From assembly GCA_046290645.1 (NCBI GenBank), contig JBKAGZ010000004.1, positions 196,327-260,326 on the forward strand: a stretch of 64,000 nt of DNA, read 5' to 3'. Shown piece by piece: positions 44,463-54,087 of the stretch. Under the pieces are notes generated by a model that was given only the letters and a program-made list of their open reading frames with translations, had not been told where the DNA came from and did no database searches. Source of the DNA: Hyphomicrobiales bacterium (GTDB lineage: Bacteria; Pseudomonadota; Alphaproteobacteria; Rhizobiales; MH13). The stretch's first letter is position 1; every line of letters begins with the position of its first letter. The translations under genes were made by a program, and so were the position numbers.

Positions 44463-46106
44463 TTAGGTAAGGTTGCAAATGCTCTGCGAGTTGCTGAACC
44501 ATTTACCGTCATTGTAGGAGGCCGCGACCCCTTTGAGCTTTGTCAGATTGGGTCCGAAATAGAGCTCTAGGGCATCTTCCAAGGGCGGCGTATCGGCTGC
44601 AGTGCTGCCAAGGTCAATGTCGGGATAGTTGTAGTAACACCCCTGCAACCCAGTCCCGGATGGCACGCCGCCGGTCGCCACATAGACGCCTTCATAGATG
44701 TCCCTCATCCAAGTCAGGTGTGCATCCTCGAGCGCCTCATCATCATAGCCAGGGCCGACATTGGTGGTCCAATAGCTCTGATACTGAAGCTTGGCGATCG
44801 AGTCGCGCTGATAGATGGCCGTGGCGTCATAAGGGATTTGATTGATTTGGCCGCCATAGGAGTCAAACTGGATAAGCGACTGGCTCATATCGACAAAACC
44901 CGGCTGACTGGGAATGGAAACCGGCGTCGTCAATCCCTGATAGGCTCGTTCCAACATGGTCGTGGTGAACGCGGTCATATGGTAGGCTGATTTGTACTTG
45001 CCATACCGGTTCGGGCCAGAGCCGTTAAGTGTCTGCATGCCTTCCAGGAAGGTGTAGATATGGTCGGGCCCATAGCCCACTGATGTCGATACGCCCTCAT
45101 ACTGGACGCCCAGCGCGTGGGTGCTGGCAATGTAGGGATGGCCAACCAGCTTGCAGTCCCGGTCCGACAATGGCGCGATCTCCTGCGCCAGTTTTCGATT
45201 GGCGGCAAGACGCTCACTGCGCTCAGCTCTGTAGTCCGGCAGGCTTTGCCCAGAGGATTCATAATAGGTATCGATGTCAGCCAAGCTGATCGATTTGGCG
45301 TCCATGTGGCTGCCGTGAAGAATGCCAAAAATGTTGTTGGTTATGCCGCTTTGGTCGCAATACTGCCCAAAGAAGAACGTGTTGACGATGCCGTTGAACT
45401 GATCCTGAGTCAGCGCAATGTTGCCGTCCGCATCAAACCAATCCCAGCTGTAGGTCGTCGTGAAAACGTAGGACGGCGCATCTGGCAGTGTCTCAGTGGC
45501 AAAATAGTAGCGGGTGATGATCCCAAACTGGCCGCCGCCACCGCCTCTTACAGCCCAGAACAAATCGCTATGAACATCTTTTGTGCAAGTGATCAGTTGC
45601 GGCGTACCATTTTGGACGACGACGATGTCGACGGCGGATAGATAGTCGATCGACAGGCCCATCAGCCGGGAAAGAACGCCATAGCCTCCGCCGGTGATAT
45701 GGCCGCCAAGTCCGACCGAATAGCACGAACCGGCCGGAATGGTTTTCTGGTAGAGATTGTTGAGAAGCCGGTACATGTCCCAATTGCCCATCCCCACATC
45801 CAGATAGACCATGGCAACACCGCCAAGGGTGGTCTCACCATAGCCTTTCAGAGCGGTCACATCGATGATCGCCTGCGTGTTTTCGTTGTAGACAAAGCCT
45901 TCATAGCAATGGCGGCCACAGGTGACCTGCACGGCCGACCCGCTGATGCCGGATGCCTGAATGGCGATGACCGCGTCATAAACGCCTTGCGCACTTGTCG
46001 GTCGATAAACCTGGAGTGCTGAACTGTCGGCAAACCATCGTTTGTTAAAACCCTGACGGTCACTCAATGAGGGAGGTAATAGCGCGTCCATAATCCTGTC
46101 CTTCAT
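44463..46106 (-). CDS. FAD-linked oxidase, berberine-bridge-enzyme-like (VAO/PCMH fold), probably bicovalently flavinylated
   Basis: FAD_binding_4-type region with TCGRHCYEG (His site) and PAGSCYSVGLGGHITGGGYG (Cys site), plus a BBE-type C-terminus (CYYNYPDIDLG). No signal peptide. Confidence 0.85.
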   Translation of the reverse strand: MKDRIMDALLPPSLSDRQGFNKRWFADSSALQVYRPTSAQGVYDAVIAIQASGISGSAVQVTCGRHCYEGFVYNENTQAIIDVTALKGYGETTLGGVAMVYLDVGMGNWDMYRLLNNLYQKTIPAGSCYSVGLGGHITGGGYGVLSRLMGLSIDYLSAVDIVVVQNGTPQLITCTKDVHSDLFWAVRGGGGGQFGIITRYYFATETLPDAPSYVFTTTYSWDWFDADGNIALTQDQFNGIVNTFFFGQYCDQSGITNNIFGILHGSHMDAKSISLADIDTYYESSGQSLPDYRAERSERLAANRKLAQEIAPLSDRDCKLVGHPYIASTHALGVQYEGVSTSVGYGPDHIYTFLEGMQTLNGSGPNRYGKYKSAYHMTAFTTTMLERAYQGLTTPVSIPSQPGFVDMSQSLIQFDSYGGQINQIPYDATAIYQRDSIAKLQYQSYWTTNVGPGYDDEALEDAHLTWMRDIYEGVYVATGGVPSGTGLQGCYYNYPDIDLGSTAADTPPLEDALELYFGPNLTKLKGVAASYNDGKWFSNSQSICNLT

Positions 46107-46122
46107 TCAAAAGCCCCAAGCC

Positions 46123-46158
46123 ATATATTACATAATAAAGTAATATAATACGTAATAA
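46123..46158. promoter_or_regulatory. tandem AT-rich 16-nt elements (20-bp phasing), candidate shared operator
   Basis: ATATATTACATAATAA (46123-46138) and ATATAATACGTAATAA (46143-46158), 17 nt upstream of the oxidase start. The first is the exact reverse complement of 55625-55640. Confidence 0.5.
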
Positions 46159-46480
46159 GGTATCATCAGAATCGCGCCTTGCCTAGCCATTGGGGCAAAG
46201 TATGAAGTCTTTCGACGAGGGAAATCAGGAGACGATCAGATCTTGTCTAGCAAGTTGTTGAAAGACTGCATGAAAAAGCTTCGTTTCAAGCGCGTAGATC
46301 GCTCTTGCGAAATAAAACATTGCTGATAGTGCTAAGCATACCGTGCAGACACGCCAGATGATGGCCATCTTTGATCTGTGATTGACTGTCTAACAGAACC
46401 GATTCGCCACGCGCCATGATTGCAACCGATGTGGCAAAGCCCATAGTCTTGAACGCAGACTTGGCGCGCGTTCGATCAAC

Positions 46481-47704
46481 TCAATTGTCGCTGAGCCAAC
46501 CCAAATACCCTTTCACACCACCATTGCGGGCGCGGTGAAGGTCATCAGGTTCCTGCGAAAAGTCTTGCCCGCGCTTCAGCACATCATAGACGGCCTGGCC
46601 AACAACCTCGCCCTGCCCTGGAACAAGGTTGCAAGGGTCAAGTTGGAAATAGCCAAGCTCAACTTCGTGATCGCGCACGATTATGGCCGGCTTTTGCTGG
46701 CTTAAGACACGTGCAAACGTCGCAGCGCTCGCTCCGGCTTGCCGGGCATCCACTTCCACCTGCAGCCGGTTCAGCGGATTGCCTGTCGGATCGGCGATGA
46801 CGATGGGGTTGATGCCAGGAAGTTGCGCCAGACGCGCGCGCCACGTTTCCAACACCCGGTCTTCGGCCTCGCGCATGGCCTCATGATCACGTGCCATCCA
46901 CGCCTCCATGGCGGCGATCGCGCCGGCGATGCTTTCTTTGCCGATTTTCATGCCTCGGCCCAGATTGATGTTTTGAAGATAGGCGGCACGAACAGCGGCG
47001 CGCTTCCCAGCTATGATCCCACCGGTTGGACCACCGAGAAATTTGTGCGCCGAATACACAGCAAGATCGGCCCCCGCGGCAATGAAGCCGCGCAGATCAT
47101 ACTCCGATGCCGCATCGACAATCACCGGCACGCCCTTGGACTTGCAGATCGATACAAAGCGATCGAACGGGATCTGCCCATAATGGACCACATGGTGAGA
47201 CACCACATACAGCGCGGCAGCGGTTTGATCGCCCAAAGCGCCTTCAAGCTGATGGTCCATGGCGAGGGTCGACTGGCCGATCTGTCGCGTTCTCGCCCCG
47301 GTCAGCGCAATGGCCGTATCGATCGGAGCGCCATAGCCGCAAAGATGCCCGGCCTGGACAACCACCTCAGAACGCGGTCCGGGCTGCGCGGGCAAAGCCT
47401 CGGCCTTGGCAGGGTCCAGCCCGCTCATGCATCCAGCAACCGCAAGGCTAATGCCGGCGCTTGCCGATGCCGTCATGCAACCGGCTTCGGCCCCGGTTAG
47501 ACGGGCGATGACGCCGCTGGCGTGGGCTTGCAACTCGTGCATGTTCACAAAACGCGCCATGGCTTGGCTGGTCGCATCGCGAACTTTTTGCGAGGTGATG
47601 GATGCACCCAGGCCCGTCATCGTGCCGGAAACATTGATGAGGGGCGTGTAGCCGTGCTGGTCGTACCAGTGCCAGTTGTCGTTGAGATCGGTCGACTGAG
47701 TCAT
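46481..47704 (-). CDS. SelA-like PLP-dependent enzyme (DgaE / glucosaminate-type ammonia-lyase family)
   Basis: PLP-lysine block YSAHKFLGGPTGGIIAGK, as in the SelA/DgaE family. ATG 47704 (AAGG upstream) is preferred; ATG 47737 is the alternative. Confidence 0.8.
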   Translation of the reverse strand: MTQSTDLNDNWHWYDQHGYTPLINVSGTMTGLGASITSQKVRDATSQAMARFVNMHELQAHASGVIARLTGAEAGCMTASASAGISLAVAGCMSGLDPAKAEALPAQPGPRSEVVVQAGHLCGYGAPIDTAIALTGARTRQIGQSTLAMDHQLEGALGDQTAAALYVVSHHVVHYGQIPFDRFVSICKSKGVPVIVDAASEYDLRGFIAAGADLAVYSAHKFLGGPTGGIIAGKRAAVRAAYLQNINLGRGMKIGKESIAGAIAAMEAWMARDHEAMREAEDRVLETWRARLAQLPGINPIVIADPTGNPLNRLQVEVDARQAGASAATFARVLSQQKPAIIVRDHEVELGYFQLDPCNLVPGQGEVVGQAVYDVLKRGQDFSQEPDDLHRARNGGVKGYLGWLSDN

Positions 47705-47777
47705 CGTTTTACCTTGCGTTATGAGAAGCGTTTCCATAATAGTGGAATATGAGAATCGAACCGAGGTTTATCACGCG

Positions 47778-48548
47778 ATGAACGCACCACCACGCAAACG
47801 CACCAGCGGGATAGATCGCGCTTTGCAAGTCATGGACCTTTTGACCCAGCACCAACGGCCGATGACGGCCTATGAGCTTGCAAAGCTGGCCGGCGCGCCG
47901 GTTTCGACGATCTATCGGTTGATCGACGAACTGGTCGAGCGCGACATGCTTTCGCGCCTTGATGGCACGCAGATTTGGCTCGGCCCACGCCTGATGCGGT
48001 ATGGCTTGGTCTACCGCTCCAACATGGACATGTTTGTCGAAGCCAAGCGTGAAATGAATGCGCTGAGCAAAAGAACCGGCGAAACGGTGCAGGTTTGCGC
48101 GCGCGATGACAACATGATGGTCGTGGTTGCGATGGTTGATGGCGGCGGGCATTTGCGCGTCACATCGGATGTCGGCACGCGCGTGCCGCTTAACTGGACG
48201 GCGTCTGGTCGCCTGTTGCTCGGCCACCTTTCCGACGATGAACGCCTGAAAGCCTTCCAAGAATGTGCCGAGCCGTCGGAAACCGGTCGCGCCGAAACAA
48301 ATCCGCAACGACTGGCCGAACAGTCGCGGGCTGACTTTGAGCAGGGGCTGGCGCTGCAAATGAGCAACTCCGAATACTCCGTCGCTTGCCTTGCTGCGCC
48401 GATCCGCGATGTGTCCGGCGCGTGCGCCCTGACCATGTCGGTCGTGCTTTCCGAGCAGCGCGCGCAGGAACGCCTGCCGGAACTGACCAAAGAGGTGCAA
48501 CGAGCCGCTTTGTTGGTTGAGCGTGCGCTGGGTCGGGAAGCCGCCTAA
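47778..48548 (+). CDS. IclR family transcriptional regulator
   Basis: ATG 47778. HTH IDRALQVMDLL...MTAYELAKLAGAPVSTIYRLIDEL plus an IclR effector domain. Confidence 0.9.
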   Translation: MNAPPRKRTSGIDRALQVMDLLTQHQRPMTAYELAKLAGAPVSTIYRLIDELVERDMLSRLDGTQIWLGPRLMRYGLVYRSNMDMFVEAKREMNALSKRTGETVQVCARDDNMMVVVAMVDGGGHLRVTSDVGTRVPLNWTASGRLLLGHLSDDERLKAFQECAEPSETGRAETNPQRLAEQSRADFEQGLALQMSNSEYSVACLAAPIRDVSGACALTMSVVLSEQRAQERLPELTKEVQRAALLVERALGREAA

Positions 48549-48561
48549 CGGTTTCATGGCG

Positions 48562-49083
48562 TCAATCGAGCCGCGTCTCGAAGACGGCCTCGATCTCGAC
48601 GGTGATCTGGTTGGGTAGCGATCCGACGCCGAAAGCGCTGCGCGCATGCACGCCGTCCTCTGCGCCAAAGACCTCCGTTAGCAGTTCCGACGCACCGTCA
48701 ATCACATAGGGATGATTGGCAAATTCCGGGACGGCGTTCACCATGCCCAGCAGCTTCACCACACCATTGATCTTGTCCAAACTGCCCACATGGGCGCGCA
48801 ATGCGGACAGGATGTTGATGGCCACAAGGCGGGCATGGCCACGCGCGTCTTCATCGCTAACGTCCAAACCAACTTTGCCGCATTTCAACGTGCCGTCGGG
48901 CAAAACAGGACCCTGGCCGGAAACAAAGACCAGCGCTCCAACCTGCCGCACATTCTTGAAGGCACCTATCGGCTTGGGCGCCAAGTCAGGAAGGCTCAGT
49001 CCGATTGCCCTTAGGCGACCTTCCGGTCCAAGTGGCTGGCTGGTTTGCGCTTTGGATGGATGATCGGACTCAGACAGAGTCAT
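48562..49083 (-). CDS. RidA/YjgF family reactive-intermediate (enamine/imine) deaminase
   Basis: VFVSGQGP ... ARSAFGVGSLPNQITVEIEAVFE. Overlaps the upstream ATPase gene by 14 nt. Confidence 0.85.
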   Translation of the reverse strand: MTLSESDHPSKAQTSQPLGPEGRLRAIGLSLPDLAPKPIGAFKNVRQVGALVFVSGQGPVLPDGTLKCGKVGLDVSDEDARGHARLVAINILSALRAHVGSLDKINGVVKLLGMVNAVPEFANHPYVIDGASELLTEVFGAEDGVHARSAFGVGSLPNQITVEIEAVFETRLD

Positions 49084-50035
49084 TAAGAGCCTCGATTCGT
49101 TTGCAATAGCTGGTATGAGAAGGCGAGAGCATCACCGGATCGGGCACGCCCGAACCACATGGCTCCTGGGCGATTGGGCAACGCGTTCTGAACACGCACC
49201 CCGATGGTGGATTGAGCGGACTTGGAATATCGCCCCGCAAAATCGTACGGGTTTGCGCAGCCTTGGGGTCGGGCACTGGAATGGCCGAAAGCAAGGCGCG
49301 CGTGTAAGGGTGCGAGGCGCGCTGATAAAGGTCGCCAGAGGCCCCCTTTTCAACAATCTTGCCCAAATACATGACGATCGTCTGATCGCACAGATACTCA
49401 ACAACTGACAGATCATGCGCGATGAACAGCATCGTCAGGTTGCGCCGTTCTCGCAGTTCCAGCAGCAAGTTCAACACTTGGGCCTGAATGGAAACGTCCA
49501 ACGCCGAAACGCTTTCATCAGCAACGATGAACTCCGGCTCCAAGGCCAGAGCCCGGGCGATGCCGATACGCTGGCGCTGGCCGCCGGAAAACTCGTGCGC
49601 GAAGCGCTCCATATGGTCGGCCTTAAGGCCAACTTCCTCAAGAAGCGCTGCCACCCTTTCGCTTTGCTCGCTGGCTGAGCCAATCCCATGGGCCACCAGC
49701 CCCTCGGCGATGATCGCTTTCACGCGAAGCCGTGGGTTCAGCGAGGACACAGGGTCCTGAAAGATAATCTGCATGCGCTTGCGCATGGCGCGCAACGCGG
49801 CGTGGGACAGGGTGTTGATGTCATGGCCATCAAACAATGTTTGGCCGCTGGTGGGCTCAATCAGTCGCAAGAGCGTGCGCCCAAGCGTCGTTTTGCCCGA
49901 TCCACTCTCGCCAACAAGGCCGGTAATCGAGCCTCTTTGCATATCAAAACTAACGTCGCTGACGGCCTGAACCAGCCCATCGCCGGTCTTGAACGTCTTG
50001 GACAGATTGCGGATTTGGACCAGGGGTTCAGGCAT
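49070..50035 (-). CDS. ABC transporter ATP-binding protein (DppF/OppF-like)
   Basis: ATG 50035 ([15 protein letters not shown]), GESGSGKTT, FSGGQRQRI. 8-nt overlap with the upstream ATPase gene. Confidence 0.9.
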   Translation of the reverse strand: MPEPLVQIRNLSKTFKTGDGLVQAVSDVSFDMQRGSITGLVGESGSGKTTLGRTLLRLIEPTSGQTLFDGHDINTLSHAALRAMRKRMQIIFQDPVSSLNPRLRVKAIIAEGLVAHGIGSASEQSERVAALLEEVGLKADHMERFAHEFSGGQRQRIGIARALALEPEFIVADESVSALDVSIQAQVLNLLLELRERRNLTMLFIAHDLSVVEYLCDQTIVMYLGKIVEKGASGDLYQRASHPYTRALLSAIPVPDPKAAQTRTILRGDIPSPLNPPSGCVFRTRCPIAQEPCGSGVPDPVMLSPSHTSYCKRIEALNDSV

Positions 50036-51026
50036 CGGCCAACGCCCCTTCGACCTTGATGCACGCGACCTGGTGGGCCGGCCGAAGAGGCATGAGGTCG
50101 ACCGGGTTCCGACAGGCGTCGTCGGCACGCACACAGCGCGGGGCAAACGCGCATCCTGGCGGCATGGCACTCAACGCTGGAACAGTCCCAGGAATGGGCA
50201 CAAGCCTTGTTTCCGGATCGCGGCCAGGCCTGGGTATCGAGGCCAGCAAACCTTGCGTGTACGGATGAAGTGGCAAGGCAAACAGATCATCGACGCCGGC
50301 ATCTTCGACCACGGCACCGGCATACATCACCGCCACGTCATCGGCCATTTCGGCGACCACGCCCATATCGTGTGTGATGAACAGGATGGACATGCCCAAC
50401 TCGCTCTGCAAACGGCGCATCAGGTCCAAAATCTGCGCCTGAATCGTCACATCCAGTGCAGTCGTGGGTTCATCGGCGATCAACAAAGAAGGATTGCACA
50501 CCATCGCAAGGGCGATCATCACCCGTTGGCGCATGCCACCGGAAAGCTCGTGCGGGTAGCTGTCTATGCGCTGGCCAGCTGCTGGGATCTCCACCAGATC
50601 GAGCATGTCTAGAACGCGTTTACGACGGGCTGCTGGATCTAGCTCGGTGTGCAGAAGGAGCATTTCGCCGATCTGATCGCCGATCGTGAAAAGCGGGTTC
50701 AGGGACGACATCGGCTCCTGGAAAATCATCGCGATGTCCGAGCCGCGCATGCCGCGCACCTCAGCCTGGGAGGCCTTTGTCAGGTCAACCGCGCTGCCGT
50801 CGCGGTGATGATAAGTGATCGAGCCGCCAGCCACCGATCCATTGCTGGGAAGAAGGCCCATAATCGCCAGCGAGGTCACCGACTTACCCGAACCGGATTC
50901 TCCAACGAGCGCCAGTGTCTTGCCGGCGTGCAGTTGGAAGCTTACATCGCGCAAGGCACGCACCTGTCCGCGCGGCATCTGAAAGGCGACGCTCAAGCCT
51001 GCCACGTCAAGGATCGGCGCGCTCAT
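50028..51026 (-). CDS. ABC transporter ATP-binding protein (DppD/OppD-like)
   Basis: [30 protein letters not shown]. The start overlaps the amidohydrolase stop (ATGA). Confidence 0.9.
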   Translation of the reverse strand: MSAPILDVAGLSVAFQMPRGQVRALRDVSFQLHAGKTLALVGESGSGKSVTSLAIMGLLPSNGSVAGGSITYHHRDGSAVDLTKASQAEVRGMRGSDIAMIFQEPMSSLNPLFTIGDQIGEMLLLHTELDPAARRKRVLDMLDLVEIPAAGQRIDSYPHELSGGMRQRVMIALAMVCNPSLLIADEPTTALDVTIQAQILDLMRRLQSELGMSILFITHDMGVVAEMADDVAVMYAGAVVEDAGVDDLFALPLHPYTQGLLASIPRPGRDPETRLVPIPGTVPALSAMPPGCAFAPRCVRADDACRNPVDLMPLRPAHQVACIKVEGALADA

Positions 51027-52153
51027 GCCAGCCCCTCGCCGTCTCGGCGCGCCGCTGGTTCCAATGACGCACCGATGACACTCATGCGCGGTTCGAACAC
51101 TTTGCTCAGTGTGAGGACATTGCCCTGACTGTCGCGGGCGCCAAGGCTGGCATCGGTGAAATCAAAGATCGTAAAATCGGCCTTTGTCCCAACCGTCAGC
51201 CCGTCGGCACCGCCCAGCCCTAGGATGGACCGTGGACGATTGGTGATAGCTTGGACGCATTCCTCAAAAGACAGGCCAACGGCCGCCAGTTTGGAAACTG
51301 TTGTTGCCAGATCGTGCACCGGTCCATCGATATTGCGCAGATGCAGGTCGGTGGAGATGGAAAATGGCACCAATCCATCACCAATCGCTTGGCGCGCCGT
51401 CTCAAAATCAAAGGACGCCACGCCATGACCAATATCCATATGCACGCCACTGTCGGCCAGGTTGCGCGCCTGCGCATAGAGCGCAGCCGTATCGGTGATG
51501 GATCCAGCTTTTTTACCATTAAAACAGTGCGTTATGATGTCGCCAGGTGCAAGGATATCAAACACCTCATCGATCAGCGGTGGCGGCTCTCCAACATGCA
51601 CCATCAACGGTAGGCCTGCGATTTCAGCCACACGTTTGGCGATCTTGGCAGGCGTGATGCCCCAACTGCCAACGATCACGCCGCTGGCACGCACCTTGAC
51701 CCCGCAAATCACATCACGATTGGCGTCGATCACCGCCAGCGTGCGGTCGATATCGATCGAGCGCAGATCGATCAGTTCCGGCACCCTGTTGCAGGCAACC
51801 AGGCCGATAGAACCGATATTGAGAAACGCACGGATCGTTTCCGTGCTCGGCTCAATCACATACTCGCGCAAACCGTGAAAACTTGCTTCGCCCGCCGAGC
51901 CGGCATCGGCCATCGCCGTGACGCCCGTCGCTCGCCCCGCATCGCCTGGACGCACGGAAATGTCGGTGCCGCCATGCCACACATGTACATGCAAATCACA
52001 CCAACCCGGCGACAGGTAAGCGTCGCCGCAATCGACCGTGTGAGAATCTGGGGCCGGCGTATCAGAGACCAGCCCAGCATCATCCACGTGGATGACTGTC
52101 TTGTCGGCGCCGTCAAAACCGATGGCACGAAAATTGGTCAACGTGAGCGCCAT
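51023..52153 (-). CDS. amidohydrolase/deacetylase family metallohydrolase
   Basis: Metal-binding HxH block SPGWCDLHVHVWHGG plus later His/Asp blocks (MVHVGE, ITHCFNG, ISTDLH). The gene is embedded between the permease and ATPase genes. Confidence 0.85.
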   Translation of the reverse strand: MALTLTNFRAIGFDGADKTVIHVDDAGLVSDTPAPDSHTVDCGDAYLSPGWCDLHVHVWHGGTDISVRPGDAGRATGVTAMADAGSAGEASFHGLREYVIEPSTETIRAFLNIGSIGLVACNRVPELIDLRSIDIDRTLAVIDANRDVICGVKVRASGVIVGSWGITPAKIAKRVAEIAGLPLMVHVGEPPPLIDEVFDILAPGDIITHCFNGKKAGSITDTAALYAQARNLADSGVHMDIGHGVASFDFETARQAIGDGLVPFSISTDLHLRNIDGPVHDLATTVSKLAAVGLSFEECVQAITNRPRSILGLGGADGLTVGTKADFTIFDFTDASLGARDSQGNVLTLSKVFEPRMSVIGASLEPAARRDGEGLA

Positions 52154-53011
52154 CTAGACCTCCTTGGCCAATCTGGGATCAAGCGCATCACGCAAGCCAT
52201 CGCCGACCAATTGTAAGGAGAGAACGGAGATCGAGATCGCGATTCCTGGGAAGAAAATCAGGTAAGAGGCCTGATCGATATATTGCCGCCCCTCATTGAT
52301 CATCGTGCCCCAGGTCGGCGTGGACGGGTCTACGCCGACGCCGAGGAAAGACAGACCGGCTTCGGCCAGCATGGCATAGGCAAAGATGAACGTGCCCTGC
52401 ACGATGATCGGCGACATGATGTTACGCAGCACGTGGGTGGTCATGATCCGAGACGTCGAGGTGCCCAGCGCCCGGGCCGCTTCCACATAGGGCAGCTCGC
52501 GGATCACCAGCGTTGAGGCGCGCACGATGCGTGCGATGCGCGGGGCGTAAACAATGGACAAGGCAAGGATGACATTGACCATCGATCCACCCAGGATCGA
52601 TACCAAAGCGATGGCCAGCAGAATATCGGGAAAGGCCATCATCGCATCGATCAACCGCGACAGCAGTCCGTCCAACTGGCGAAAGAACCCGGCAAGCAGG
52701 CCGATAAAGATGCCAACGATGGACGACAGGATCGCCACGCCTAGCCCGATGGCAAGCGACACTTGGCCGGCAAAAAGCAGCCGCGAGGCGACGTCGCGAC
52801 CGAAGGCGTCCGCCCCCAACCAGAACGCGGAACCGGGTGGCGTCAACCGCTGACGAACGGACATCTGCGCCGGATCAGCCGGCGCGATAAGGGCAGCAAG
52901 AGCACACAGAGCCAGGATGATGAGAAAAATGATCAGCGCCACAAGGACAGAACGGCGCGAGAACAGGAGTTCCAGAAATTTCGGTTCATCGGCAAACGCG
53001 GAAACAGCCAT
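52154..53011 (-). CDS. ABC permease (DppC/OppC-like)
   Basis: Polytopic membrane protein. Its stop abuts the amidohydrolase start codon. Confidence 0.9.
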   Translation of the reverse strand: MAVSAFADEPKFLELLFSRRSVLVALIIFLIILALCALAALIAPADPAQMSVRQRLTPPGSAFWLGADAFGRDVASRLLFAGQVSLAIGLGVAILSSIVGIFIGLLAGFFRQLDGLLSRLIDAMMAFPDILLAIALVSILGGSMVNVILALSIVYAPRIARIVRASTLVIRELPYVEAARALGTSTSRIMTTHVLRNIMSPIIVQGTFIFAYAMLAEAGLSFLGVGVDPSTPTWGTMINEGRQYIDQASYLIFFPGIAISISVLSLQLVGDGLRDALDPRLAKEV

Positions 53012-53018
53012 CAGACCC

Positions 53019-53960
53019 TCAATATTTCACGCGTTTGTCGACGACCAGATAGAGCAGATCGACGACGAGATTGATAACCACATAAAGCGTGGCAACAACG
53101 ATCAACGTGCCTTGGATAACTGGGTAGTCGCGTCGCAGCACCGCCGACACTACCAGATTGCCCATGCCAGGAATGTTGAACACACGCTCTGTCACCACCG
53201 CGCCAGACACCAGCAACGCGAAGGTCAGACCGACAACAGTCAGGATGGGAATGGCCGCGTTCTTGAGGGCATGGCGCAGCACAACCCTCCGCTCGCCCAT
53301 ACCCTTGGAACGGGCGGTGCGAATGTAATCCTCACCCAAAATGTCGAGCATGGACGCACGCGTAAAACGCAAGATGATGGCCGAGTTGGCGATACCCAGA
53401 ACGATCGATGGCAGGATGAGAAAGCCCATGCGATCGAAAAAATCCGCGTCCGGCCCGCCATATCCGGACGCCGGGAACCAGCCGAGCTCTGTGGCCAGAT
53501 AGCGCTGGAACATCAAACCGGTCCAAAAACTGGGAACGGAGGCCGCCAGCATCGCCGCTGAGATGGCTGTTTGATCAAGCCACGATCCGCGCCGATAGGC
53601 AGCATAAATGCCGATGGGCGTGGCAATGACCAGCGCGATCAGCAGGGAAAAAAGGGCTAGAAAGATGGTCGGCTCGGCCCGGCCCGCGAGAACCGTCGTC
53701 ACCGGTTGATTGAAGAAGATCGAAGTCCCCAGATCACCGCGCAGCGCATTCGCCGCGAAGGTGAGATACTGCACGATGATGGGACGGTCGAGACCAAGGC
53801 GTTCGCGCAACTGCGCTGCGTCTTCGGGCGTCGCATCCGGACCCAGCATCAGCGCCGCAGGGTCCCCAGGCGCCAACCGCACGATCACAAAGGCGATTGT
53901 CAGAACCATCAGGATCACGACAATCATGCCAAAGGATCGCCTAAGAAGGTATCGGGTCAT
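53019..53960 (-). CDS. ABC permease (DppB/OppB-like)
   Basis: N-terminus MTRYLLRRSFGMIVVILMVLTIAFVIVRLAPGDP is typical of DppB. Confidence 0.9.
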   Translation of the reverse strand: MTRYLLRRSFGMIVVILMVLTIAFVIVRLAPGDPAALMLGPDATPEDAAQLRERLGLDRPIIVQYLTFAANALRGDLGTSIFFNQPVTTVLAGRAEPTIFLALFSLLIALVIATPIGIYAAYRRGSWLDQTAISAAMLAASVPSFWTGLMFQRYLATELGWFPASGYGGPDADFFDRMGFLILPSIVLGIANSAIILRFTRASMLDILGEDYIRTARSKGMGERRVVLRHALKNAAIPILTVVGLTFALLVSGAVVTERVFNIPGMGNLVVSAVLRRDYPVIQGTLIVVATLYVVINLVVDLLYLVVDKRVKY

Positions 53961-54041
53961 AACGCCTTTACTTCTCGCAACGGTTGGGGGCGGCGGGGGT
54001 GCAGTCTAGGGGGAGACGGCGCGGGATGCACACATTGGATC

Positions 54042-54074
54042 CATGGGATCGACCCGCATAGGACCGATCCCATG
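54042..54074 (-). other. intercistronic hairpin after SBP gene (10-bp perfect stem)
   Basis: CATGGGATCG-N13-CGATCCCATG, 14 nt after the SBP stop. No U-run. Confidence 0.4.
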
Positions 54075-54087
54075 TCGCTTTTCGGCG

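Noticed and set aside
47709-48668. 319-aa ORF on the minus strand
   Set aside because: It lies entirely antisense to the well-supported IclR gene and overlaps the RidA and SelA-like gene ends. Its composition is Arg/Ala/Gly-rich and low in complexity, typical of shadow ORFs in GC-rich DNA, and it has no motifs.
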